Assembly (NCBI GenBank): GCA_010909165.1
Contig: MU008207.1
Location: forward strand, 62,001-126,000
Direction of reading: 5' to 3'
Length of the DNA stretch: 64,000 nt
DNA from: Anthoceros angustus
Taxonomy: Eukaryota > Plantae > Anthocerotophyta
Positions 40,930-52,156 of the stretch are shown here, in pieces. The position numbers and the translations under genes were made by a program. Position 1 is the first letter of the stretch; each line of letters begins with the position of its first letter. The notes below the pieces were generated by a model that had not been told where the DNA came from, did not search any database, and saw nothing but the letters and a program-made list of their open reading frames with translations.

Positions 40930-41855
40930 TATTCCACACTCACCAACCATTGCACACAGTCGGTCAAATGCTTGTCCCGGTTTGCATCCGAAAGCTTGAC
41001 ACACCTCGCGTATAGGTGCTGCCATCGTCAAAACCCATCGCTCGTTCCTGCTCTACAATCGTGGGTTCCCCCATCTCCTCACCATTCATGTTCAATACCA
41101 TGCCCGCACCACCTCGGCGAAAGGCATATGGTGGCCGTCTTGACGATGTGGGCCAAGCTCTCCTGGGCTCTCCCACAACATTGACAGGATAGTGTGGCAG
41201 CCTATCCATCCTGCTCACCTGTTGCGACCGCCTGCCCTCCTCAAGGATCCCATCCAGGTTCCGCTTACTTGGTGTGGTTAAACCTCGATGCTGCCTGAGT
41301 GTTTCCACACTTGCAATGTTCGTCTAGAAGCTGCGGAGACGATGAGCGTACGACCCTGTTTGTACCGCGTCAATGATGAACTCCTCGCCCGACTCGACCT
41401 TTTCATAATTTCTCTCACATGACCCCGTTTGTCAAAAGCTCCGCAAACATTCTCCAGCAAGTACCAACATGCCGGATTGCATCGCTGCACTTCTCTCAGA
41501 ATCCTATCACTTCCCCCGCCAGTCGCACTCCGTTGCCTTGACCACGTCCAGCCTTGGAGAAGGTCTTGCACTCCCATCCTGCAATCATCATGTCAACCGG
41601 GCATCTCATTGCCTGTAGCTGTGCTTTTCCCACCAGCATCACATCAGTGGGCAGTTTGGTCTGGCACCCTCTTATGGCTTCCACACTCAGCAAGCTCGGA
41701 TGCATTTTTTGTAGCCTGATAATCCTGGATTTGGCCACTGCCCGAGTCTTCTCATCAATTTCTACACATGTATACTTAGTGCGAATCCCACATCGCAGAC
41801 ACACTCCGGTCCACTACTAATTCCACGAACACAACTCCATGAGATGGATGCCTGT
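40930..41855 (-). pseudogene. C5 cytosine DNA methyltransferase domain (DNMT3/DRM-like sequence, canonical motif order) within pol
   Basis: Motif I MELC..GISSG, II CVEID, IV MIAGWECKTFSKAG, VI YLLENV, VIII GSYAHRLRSF*TNI, IX EQERAMGF; motif X region degenerate. Confidence 0.88.
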
Positions 41856-42199
41856 TCATGCACTCGCCACGAATCACTTGGTTGTCGATTTGTAACCCCA
41901 GTTTCCTATGATTTCATTGTGGCGAGCTTCTTCCGGACAATTGCGGTGATTCGCCATATTTGCATCCGCTGCTGTCGAATACGCTCTCTTTCCAAAGCTT
42001 CCTCTACGGGTGGGGTGACTCACGCGCACATCATTCGATGTTGTGCTTTCTTCGACACCTCGTGTCGTGCAGTCTTGTGTCTCTTCCCACCTCCCTCGGT
42101 GAACACTTTTACTGCGCATCGTGGCATACTTCTTGATCTTTCACCATGCCTCCTCATGTCCGGAGGAATTCGCGACATGTGTGAAATCTCCATCCGCCA

Positions 42200-45000
42200 C
42201 TTTGGCCTATAAAATGCCACAGTGCGGATCCACCCCATTCTTTGGCCCGTCGTAGCATCTGCACCCAACACACATCATAGTTTCGTGCATAAAACCAAAC
42301 AATGTACTTCCACCACACGCATCTGCTGTTCACGGCTTATACTCTATCCGAATCGGATCGCGAGTCATCCCCATCACACTGTTCTTTGGTGCTGCGGATG
42401 TGGTGATCCGTACCTCCTGCTTGACTTGTCTCCATACATTGCGGTGCTTCTTGCACCGTGCCCCAAGCAACACGGATCGCACGGTGTCTACTAACACACT
42501 CCGGTGCAAAGCCATTGGCGGTGACTTCTCGTTCGCGATTCTTCACTAACGCTATTCCACCTTTCCCCTAGCTGGCTTTAGATGATCACCACGTGGTGAC
42601 AAGCCGGACACCATGTTCAACTCGGTGGCTTCCTTCTTAATCCATGCCGCATTGCTTGCTTGAGCGGTTGTGTCCGGATCCCGGTCCGCAAACTTACCGG
42701 TACATCCATGGCTTTTTCCAGCAGAATCTACGTAGGAACAACCTCATCACGATGTGTGGCGTCGTCCTCGTCTGGATGCACGAATGACTTGGGCATTCTC
42801 AAGCGATTCTATCCCCATCGGTCTTCACTTTTACACCCTTGCGAAATCAATGCTTCCCACTTTGTGCGCCTTGACCTTTCCGTCATCAACGCAAACACAT
42901 CATAGTTTCGTGCATCCGAAACCAAACAATGTACTTCCACCACACACGCATCTGCTGTTCGGCTTATACTCTATCCGAATCGGATCGCGAGTCATCCCCA
43001 TCACGCTCTTTTCTTTGGTGCTGCATGTGGTGATCCGCACTCACACCCGCTTGTCTCCATACTGCCAGTGCGCTTCTTGCACCGTGCCCCAAGCAACACG
43101 GATCGCACTGTCTACTAACACACTCCGGTGCAAAGCCATTGACGGTGACTTCTCGTTCGCGATTCTTCACTAACGCTATTCCACCTTTCCCCTAGCTGCT
43201 TTAGGTGATCACCACGTGACAAGCCGGACACCATGTTCAACCTGGCTTCCTTCTTAATCCATGCCCGCATTGCTTGCTTGAACGGTTGTGTCCGGATCCC
43301 TGTGTCCCGCAAACTTACGGTACATCCATGGCTTTTTCCAATGTAATCTCAGATTAGGAACAACCTCATCCTCGATGTGACGTCGCCCCTCGTCTGGATC
43401 GCTCGAATGACTTGGGCATTCTCAAGCGATTCTATCCCCATCGGTCTTCACTTTTACACCCTTGCCGAAATCAATGCTTCCCACTTTGGTCCCTTGACCT
43501 TTCCGTCATCAACGCAAACACATCTTCGTCCGAGTCATAGGTTTCGGCGCGCATGAGTCCTTGTTTATGCTCACGCTCATAGCCGGTTGCTCTTGCGGCC
43601 TGCACCTCACTAAGCGATTGCCTTCAGTGTAGCTCGCACCCGATTCTGCTTGTCCATTGCTCGGTCTCCTAGGCCCTTGGGTTTGAGTTCGGGATGGGCT
43701 TGCCGAGCGGCTTCCGTATGTCGGTTTTACCACATGCCACGCCTCTTTCTCCTTTGACCCACCAACACGATGCTCACATTCATCGCCTTGCGGCCTTGCC
43801 GTAAACACTTTACGGATGTCTTGAAGCTTACGGTAGCTAGCCGATCCTTTGATGGCGACTCTGCGTTGGCGTTCACCGCACATGCTCGCGATAATGTGAC
43901 TTCCAGGCTACGATATGTTGAGTCTTTGGTGTGACCTCCGATCACATTGTGCTCCTCCCGATAAGCATTGGTGGACATCTCCTTCATAACTCTTTCGGCC
44001 ATCTAAATACTGCTCCAACTCATAATCGCCCCATGTAGCATATCACGAGAAAGTTGGCGATCACCCTCCTCTGTCTTCCAGCGGCGAGCAATGTATATTT
44101 GCGCCTCCTCATAGTCTTCACCTTGGTGTCTTCACCACCGCCTCAACCGTAGATATGCACGGATCTTAGAGGCTCATTGACTTGATCACAAACTTTGACA
44201 ACTCTTGGATTTTCTCAATGGAAGATCTGGAACATCTCACCAAACTTGGCGAACATCTCGTCCACCAAATAAGTGATGACCTCGGTTGCGATGAACCCGA
44301 TGATCCTGTTCTTCATCATCGACCTTGGAGCCTTTCCTTGCCGCTTCATTCGCGGCGACATGTGCATCCTGCGGTATCTTTTCTTTGCGATCACGATAGC
44401 GAGTTAAAGCTTCACCGGCTAGAAAGCGTGCTCATCTTTACGAGTGCCATCTCGGTGTGAACTCGGACTTGTATTTGAGCACCATCTCATCAATCGCCCA
44501 TCGAACTTCTCTTCAAAGTCGACCAAGAGACATACTACCGTGTCTACAGTGAACACATCATTTCTTTGGGGTTCATAATCCATCCCGGCGCCACCACGAT
44601 TTTCTTCAAAGTCAATGGATCGATAGGGTGTGACTCCTCAAAGCGACCACTTGTCCTCACGGACGAAGGAAGGCATGCCCGGGATTGTAAGCTTAGTTGT
44701 CGGTGTGCTTTCGTTAAATCCACCACGGGTAACAACACCATCACTATCAATCCCTCCCCTGCGAGACTATGTAAGGCATTAGTCAAAGTTGGTGTCGATT
44801 CCTTCCAGCGTCGATCCGCCAACCATGCCGACTTGTCAATCACCTCACTCGAGCGTTGCCAAAATGCCGCTTCCGGCTCCACCGGATCGGCCCACTCACG
44901 AATGGATCGCACGCATAAAGCAGTAGTGAATAATCCAAGGTGTTTTCTCGGTCTACCATGGACTTATACGTGGTTCCGGCTTGGGATCATTGACTTCCTC
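42200..45000 (-). pseudogene. Putative gag region and aspartic protease; ~0.62-kb internal tandem duplication (42270-43530)
   Basis: VLVDT..SVLLG and LGAD protease motifs occur at ~42250-42500, with a repeat at ~43100. gag is assigned by position only. Confidence 0.6.
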
Positions 45001-45086
45001 TTCTCCGTCTTCCGCTCGAATCTGGGCCCCTCTCGGACCCTTGAGTCGCGTTGCTACCTTGTTGTACCGCTGCGGATTGTTGATGT

Positions 45087-45463
45087 GCAAAATTCTTGAC
45101 TTATGGTTGTCCTCTGCACACACGGTGAAGCATCACAAGGTGCTCAAAAAGTGCTTGGGATCATGCGGCTGTTCTATTGAATCGGACATCAACAATCCGC
45201 CCTCAATGATGGATTCTTTGGACTTTGTAGCCTACCGCCGGTCTTAATTCTTGGCCCGAATTCCGAGCGCCGTGATCACACCGCGCACGGGAGATCTTCG
45301 CCGAGCCTTAGTGCGCTTGGGTATTACGCTTGTATGGTCCACATAACCACGACACCATCCTATTTCCATACCCATGCCACTCATCATGCCACCACACACA
45401 TAGCACACACACCATCACACTCGATTCTTATCTACCTCTTTCTACCTGCGTGCCATGGCGGTG
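45087..45463 (-). repeat. 5' repeat (A1 in element orientation)
   Basis: Matches 35693-36073 (gcaaaatt...tggttgtcctctgcacac...gcgtgccatggcggtg). No X copy precedes it. Confidence 0.85.
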
Positions 45464-47190
45464 GCGGCGGCGAGGCGGCGGGAGGCGAGCATTATGGCAA
45501 AAGCGGGGGCGTCGCCACGGACGAGGCAGCCATCCCGCAGGCCGCGGTGGAAACTACGGAGTGTACAAAGCGCGGTGGCGGGCGGGCGAGGGGAGTAAAG
45601 GAGAGGTCGAGTGAAGGAGGCGGGGAGTGATGGAGAAGGAGGCGGTGGCGGGAAGCGGCGGAGGGGAGGCCCGGCGGATGGCGGCATGGTGCCGTGCAGC
45701 CATTTGTGGAGGCATTGCCACTCCGGCATGGCGGAGGCGAGCTAGCGAGGCGGCGGCCCGGCGGAAGGGGATCACGAGGGCAGCGTCCCTCCCAGCCATG
45801 GCGGCAGAGGCGGCGCGAGGCGGCGGGGAGGGACTCTGCCCTCCCCATGGAGAAGGAGGCGGGCGGGGATGGCGGGCGCCTCCCGGCGATGGCGGCAGTG
45901 GCGGCGGCCCAGGCGTGGCGCGGGGAGGAGGGGCCTCTGCCCTCCCCATGGCGATGGAGGCGGGAGGCGGGCGCCTCCGCCTCGAAGGAGCAGGGGCAGC
46001 TGTGGCCTCCCCACAGCGATGGCGGCGAGGCGGCGGCGGCGGCGGAGGCGGGCGGGGAGGCACTGCCTCCCCATGGCGATGGGCGGGGAGGCGGGCGCCT
46101 CGCCTCGAAGAAAGGGGCAGCTGTGGCCCCCTCGGCGATAGGCGGCGGTGGCGGAGGACCCAGGCGTGAGCGCGGGCGGGAGGCGATGCCTCCCCATGGT
46201 GATGGAGGTGGCGGTGGGCTCGGCGGAGGAGCTGCTGGAGGAGGCAGGGGAGGCGGTTGCCCTCCCCCAGCGATAAGCGGCGGAGGAGGCGGTTGCCCTC
46301 CCCATGGCGAGGCGGAGGCGGGGAGCATTGCGCCGAGGCAACCCGCCTTTGGGGCAGCGGGGTCGTTGAGGACCCAGGCGAAGCCGCCGCCGAGGCGAGG
46401 AGGAGGGATGGCGGCGAGCTGCCTCAGCCGCACGGCGGAGGCCGAGCTCGGGCATGGCGGTGGCGATGCCATGTCTGCCGCCGCCATGCCCGAGCCGGAG
46501 GTGGAGCATAGTGGCGGGGCGTGAGCGCCACCGCCGAGGCCGAGGCCGGCGGAGGGCTGGCGATGGCGGGGAGCAGGCGAGGGATGCGGAAGGCGCGGAT
46601 GGGGGCGTCCGTCTTTGGGAGGCGAGCCAACGCCACCGGTCTTGGCCCGATCGCGGCGAGTGGGAGCCAGCGCCCGGTCCGGTTGAGAAGGCTGTATGGG
46701 AGGAATAACCCGGTTCCATCGGTGGCGGCATCTCGGCGTGGGCGGAAGCGGCAGTTAAGCGAGGCTCGGGAGGCGGGCTGCGGAGGAGGCGGGGAGGCGG
46801 AGGCGCTGCTGCGAGCTCACAGTGGTGGAGCCGGCATCCGGCGGCACCGTAGGAGGAGGAGGAGGAGGAGGAGGAGCAAGCTGCGGTGGCGGTGGCGGGC
46901 GGAGGCCATGTCGGAAGAAGAAGGAGGCGGTGCGGCTCAACCCCAACTCCGCGGAGCACAAGGGGAGGAAGCGCGACTCAGTCGGACACGGTGTCCGAGT
47001 GGGGCGGCGGGAAGCGGCGGAGGAGGCGGTGCGGCTCCAACCCCAACTCCGGAGGCGGCGGCTTTCTTTGGAGGCGGGGACGCGCCAACCGGACAGGAGA
47101 GTCTTGAGCAGCGGAATGCTCTTGAAGTCGAGGCCATGGAGGCACAATTAAGGTTCTCCGGATGATCAAGCGCATGGACGAGGAGAAGTA
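45464..47190 (+). other. Very GC-rich low-complexity tract of the TIR element, possibly a degenerate ORF
   Basis: Recurrent ccccatggcg and ggcggcgg motifs. Ends in coiled-coil-like LEQRNALEVEAMEAQL. Confidence 0.45.
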
Positions 47191-48720
47191 GGCGGCGTCG
47201 TCATCCCTTGTCTTTGAGAGATGCATCGGCCGGTTTTGGTTTTGCATAGGGGCGAAGCATGCGCCGTGGGAAGGCGCGATGGGAGATAGGGTTTGATGCT
47301 AGGCTGCAATTTTGCGATGTGCGGTGGACATCCTTTTGATCAATGGAATGGCACCTTGTGAAATTTGGCTCTTTGCACGCAGCATAAACATTCTTGGCGA
47401 GGTTGATGGGTAGACGGCGGTGGTGGTGGGTCGCCATCCCCTCTTCCTGTTTCGAGCCGCATCGTGCTTCTTCTTGTTTGAAAGAGGATCGTGGCTCTCA
47501 TTGTTTCCAGCATCGCGGGTTCCTTAAGGAATACATGGTCCCAAAGTCCATAGCTGCGAAGACGAGGAAACGGCCGTGGGCTTGTGCATGGTTCGCAAAC
47601 CATGGCCGTGCCCGCGGCCGCGGCCGTCATTGCCTGCGATACCCATGCCAGCGGCTGTGTAGGGTTTGTCAATCAAATGGAGCGGCCGCCGGCGCAGCGG
47701 CCACGTTAGGGTTTGGCGGCCATTGGATGCCCTCGAAGAAAACTTTATGGTACAAGGTAGTGCAGAAACATTCGAAAACATAGTGTCCCGTCTCTTTGTT
47801 TTCAAAGGTGAAAGCACTGAAAATTTTTCAAGGACACCCGTTTCGAGGACATTGTGTGTGTCCCCTTTGGTGCTTGGCCGCTCTTGGTTAGGGCGCCAAA
47901 GCGGCCATCTGGCAAACCGTACTGGAATGTAGGGTATATTCCTCAAGATCCCCACGCCTTGCATGGGTTTCGCGAAAAAAAAAATGTCCCATCCCCTCTG
48001 TCCCCTTTGGTATGCCTCAAGGTTGCTCGAGTTGCAGCAACTAGTTCTTATAGAGAGTCATGTATGTACGTATGCAGGAAGCTTCTCCCTAGCTTCGTCC
48101 GGGAAGCGAGCATCTCTTCTGTTCATATGGTCTGACACACGGCGAGGTGGGACTTGGGACGCGCTTTCTCTTTCCCGTGCCGGCTTCAGTGGAGTAGTTT
48201 GGACTGCAAGGAGCCACTGGATAACGGCAGGAGAAGGAGCAGAATTTAAAACAGGAGGAGGAGAAAAAGAATTTTATTCCAGTCCTGCATCCTTGAAGCA
48301 AAAAAGTGTGCACAAAGGTCTCCACCAGTCGCAACCTGACCTTGTCAAACCCAGAATGCTGAACGGCGAACACAATAACTTCGGACACTGTGTAAGATCG
48401 GACCCAGTCCCAATTGACTTCGTACACTGTACGAACATTATCTCCCAATTGCTGACTCCGTCCATGTGTATACCGTCTCTGCACCTCAGAATTGTCCTTC
48501 CACATCAGAAGTTCCGAATGCAGAGGCACAATCCATGGCAAGTTACCCGGGGACGTGGGCCAGCAGGCATCACTACAGAACTTACACGCTTCTGATCTGA
48601 GTGGGACACCAAAAATTCAGTCACACTGAGAGTTTTTGTGGGAAATGCAGTGCCTACATTTCACTGACCCAAATACAAATGTCACGAGGGAGCAGAATTA
48701 CAGAGCCTGCGGCCTGCGGG

Positions 48721-51700
48721 TTAAGCATTTGGAGCATGTGCACTGCCATCGTCGTCAGCTAGCAACCGCGCGACCAAGACATCTGCCGGATCGTCTTTGA
48801 CGACACTCAGGATCACAGTTGCCGGGACTACTAGCTTGATGAACTTCTTCAACTCCGAGAAGCTGGAGTGCTCGCTGTAAGGAACTTCGTAACTGCGGCA
48901 AATCCATTAGACGAGTCATGCACGGGCGTGTATATGTACAACAAGGATGGCAGTCGTTGGCGAATGGGGACCCACCGTATGACTGCTCCTGCTGCTTTCT
49001 ACGGCCCGTGAATCGTTTCTTGTCTCGACCAAAGTTCCAGCCGGTGAGAGAATGCAACCACAGAGTTGTACCGCCCCTGCGTCAAGTAACTAACGGTCAT
49101 TCATGCATCCGGGGACCTCGTTGTGGGTGTAGAAGGGAAGCGTAGCACTCACATGATAGTGCCGAGATATAGAGCCCATTCTCTTGAAGCTTGCAATGCT
49201 CCATAACGGAACCACGTGAATCTGACTTTCATGGTCGTTGGAGGTCAGCCATCTTGTCTCGTCTTCGTGCAATGACATGCATGACAACAATCTCCGCTTA
49301 GCTGCCCCAACATAAACCTTCTTTTGGAGTGCTCAGGCCACCTCCAAAACACTCGCTCCTTCCTAAACACCACAAAGGCTGAAACCTGTTCAGGAGACGA
49401 AGCTTGTTCGAAACACACTACAGCTTTGTGTTGGGGCTTACCTATTGTGTAGGTGCCGATCAGAAACAGCGTCTTCGGATTGAATGTTTCTGCTTGAATA
49501 GCCTCGATGACAAACTGGACAGCAGCATCCTGTTCCGGAAAATCGTACTGGACGAGGCATGCTTGTCAGTCTGAGAATTGTTGAAAAATACGTCAGCTCG
49601 CTCACAGAAATTCAGACTTACCTGGGGATCACAGTACGTCGTGTCCAATATCAAAGTGTGGATTTTATTAGCCAGAAGCGCTGGGTCACTGGCCATCTTT
49701 GTGCAGTATCGAAAATCTCCAGTATGCAGAACATTCTGGAAACCACAGAATCAGATCACATACAACAAACATGAAGCAAGTAAGAGCTCAGACAGTGATC
49801 TTTGTCAAATCAGGATACCTTATTGTCAGCAAGCTGAAATAGAATCATCACAGATCCTGGACAGTGATTTGCATCGATGAACGTGACTTTGACTCCATCA
49901 ATAGTGACCGCCTTGTTCAGATCGATAACCTCAATGTAGCTCAATGGCACACCAATTTGCATGTTAACAAGGGCTGCAGTAATCGCTGAGCAGTATATTT
50001 TGCCATGTCTGAAAGCCCTAGTGAGCCCTTGGTAGTCTGCCGCAGCAATCAAAATCAAAATCTGAGGTCCAACACCAGGAAAGCTTAGTATCACCTATCA
50101 CCGGGCTCTTCGGCTCTGCTCACAAGCAGGAGCAAGACAGAAACGATTTGAGTTTCAAACGTGAAAACTTACGATCAGTGTGGAAGTGGTGAGAAACCAG
50201 TGAGAGCATTCTGTAGTTAAGTGCCTAAACGAATCCTGCAGCAGTTCACATACAAAGGTGTGATGCAGAACAGCATGGATGCCCATTTGCCACAACGATT
50301 GTACAAGCAAGCAGAGGTACCAACATACATGTACAGCAACCACGCACCACCCAAGACAATGCGCGGACGCTCACCACTCTGAAGGTTGTGCCAGGGATAC
50401 ACATCCAAGGCTGGACTGGAGGACTGATCCTCCGAGATGAATTCCTGTTCAGAGATGCAGAAGCGTTGGCTCGAGGAGGGGGCATTCGTGCAGCTTTGGT
50501 AGAACGTGATGTCTGTTGAAGAGTGGCATGTGGAGTCCTTGATGAACCTGCGGTATGTCCGAAAAAGTCGGTGATGCGTTTTGCGCTGGATGAGGTGGTG
50601 TTACCGTTCAACTTTTCCTGGCTGCCAACCTCACTGTTCTCAGCTGTGGAGAGATCCTTTGCTGATTTTAAAACTTGTATCTCAGAGATGATCTTCCTCC
50701 TTGGACCGAGAGCTGCTACACCCAAACCCAGCAGATCCTGTCTCCGAGAATATGACGAAAATGTGAGCAGAACAGACATAATGAAGGAGGAACTTTAAGT
50801 TTTCTTCACAGGATCAGCCAACAGACGACCAGATTGATCAGACAAGACAGTCAATTCAGTGTACCAAAGGGGTGCACATGCCTGACCTCTTCTTTGAGCC
50901 ACTGCAGGGTATCCCAATCGATCTCTTCCTTGATGAAGATATGAGCATACTTTGAGAGGTTCAGTTTTTCCAGCCATCGCAAAACAGGAGCCAGGCCAGC
51001 ACCTGGCGAGCTCGTCCCCCCATTCACTTCCTGATCAGACAATGGACGAGGGTATCAGAACCACATTCCACATCCAAAGCTGGTGCCATCATTGTCCAGC
51101 AAGTGCCTCAGTCTCGCTGTACCTGTTCCCTGTCCAGCTTGTCCAGACATTCATTTGTGTGTGCTTCCCGTTGCTGTAAAGGAAGGCCTCCCAGAGACAG
51201 CTGACATATGGGGCACTCAGGAGTGAACACACCACTGGACACGGAGTCAACATTGAGGCAACCATCAGCAGGTGCTGCCTCCTCTGCGAACTCTCCCCTG
51301 CAGCTGTCGTTCACCTCTTCGGAAGCCCCAACCAAATCGCCAAACATCGAGTGGGGTGCAAGGCCCCTGCTATCGTCTGAACCGGAGACCCCTGACACAA
51401 CATTCGTAATATCACCCAACGGCGGCCTCGAAGCTCTGGGGGCATCTCCCTTGTGTCGCTTCCCTCCCTTTCCTCTCGGGGTGCTCACTTGCGTCAAAAA
51501 TCTAGTTATGTCTTCCTCACAGAGAGCACTGTCTCTGTCTCCGTTGCTGACAACCGAGTCAGAAGGAACATTTCCGCCACCTCACTAGCTGCATGCTCAC
51601 CAGCATGTAAAAGACCTGCAGTTTCCGAATCCCCTGCTTCCCTAGCAGCTCTGCTACACAAGCTCAGCAGAGCATTCAACTGACTTTCCTCGCAGACTCC

Positions 51701-52156
51701 TTCCGCCCCTGCCACTGGCGCAGACGACAGGAAAACCGGCTCGCCAGATGCATCAGCAGCTTGAGTCCCGAGAACCGACTCCACATCCGCTTTCACCTCG
51801 GTTCGCGCGGAATCCCGGTCACACAAGCTCGTCATCCTTCCTGCATTGCTTTCCAGCCGCCTATCCCTCGGCTGCGATGCCGTACGAATCCTACCTTTCT
51901 GGACACTAGGCACTCCTGCCTGATGCAATGCGGTCCCTGCACTGGTCACTTTCCGAATCTTGCAACCTCCCTCATGCTCTTTGCCTCCTGTGCTTCTCTT
52001 GCACCCCGCCTTCCCCGTTCCGGAACCTCCAAAGAGACGCTCCTGCTTCGTCAAAGCAAGATGCTTCCCAGATTGCTGAAAATCATCATCGTCGCTCGCC
52101 TCTGCAACAGCCAGAGCCAGCGCCATGGCCGAATCCAGGTCTGTGTCGGCCGCCAT
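48721..52156 (-). CDS. SNM1: SNM1/DCLRE1A-like DNA cross-link repair nuclease (UBZ, SAM, MBL/beta-CASP), multi-exon, with apparent frameshifts
   Basis: CPICQ...HTNECLD, SAM WLEKLNLSKY...GPRRKI, KRITDFF, HFHTDH (1-nt deletion), DANHCPGS, ILDTTYC, YEVPYSEHSSF; stop at 48721-48723. Confidence 0.9.

Larger units (their letters stand above)
35544..45463 (-). mobile_element. Ty3-like retroelement encoding a C5 DNA methyltransferase and PHD finger, with split direct repeats
   Basis: gag-PR-DNMT-RT-RH-INT-PHD on minus. On plus, repeat X at 35544-35694 and 36067-36212; repeat Y at 35693-36073 and 45087-45463. Confidence 0.88.
26502..48016. mobile_element. Large TIR-bounded (class II-like) element, superfamily unassigned, containing a nested retroelement
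   Basis: 39-bp TIRs GGCATACCAAAGRGGACAGAGGGGAYGGGRCATTTTTTT (26502-26540, 47978-48016; 36/39 match). No transposase recognised. Confidence 0.8.

Noticed and set aside
43115-43312. HMG-box/YABBY-like look of QAMRAWIKKEA...HLKQLGERWNS
   Set aside because: It lies in the gag-protease linker, and the second half is probably out of frame relative to the protease. Support is insufficient.
48089-48595. 150-210 aa ORFs downstream of SNM1
   Set aside because: SNM1 terminates at 48721. These ORFs overlap the TIR and flank junction and have no recognisable domain.
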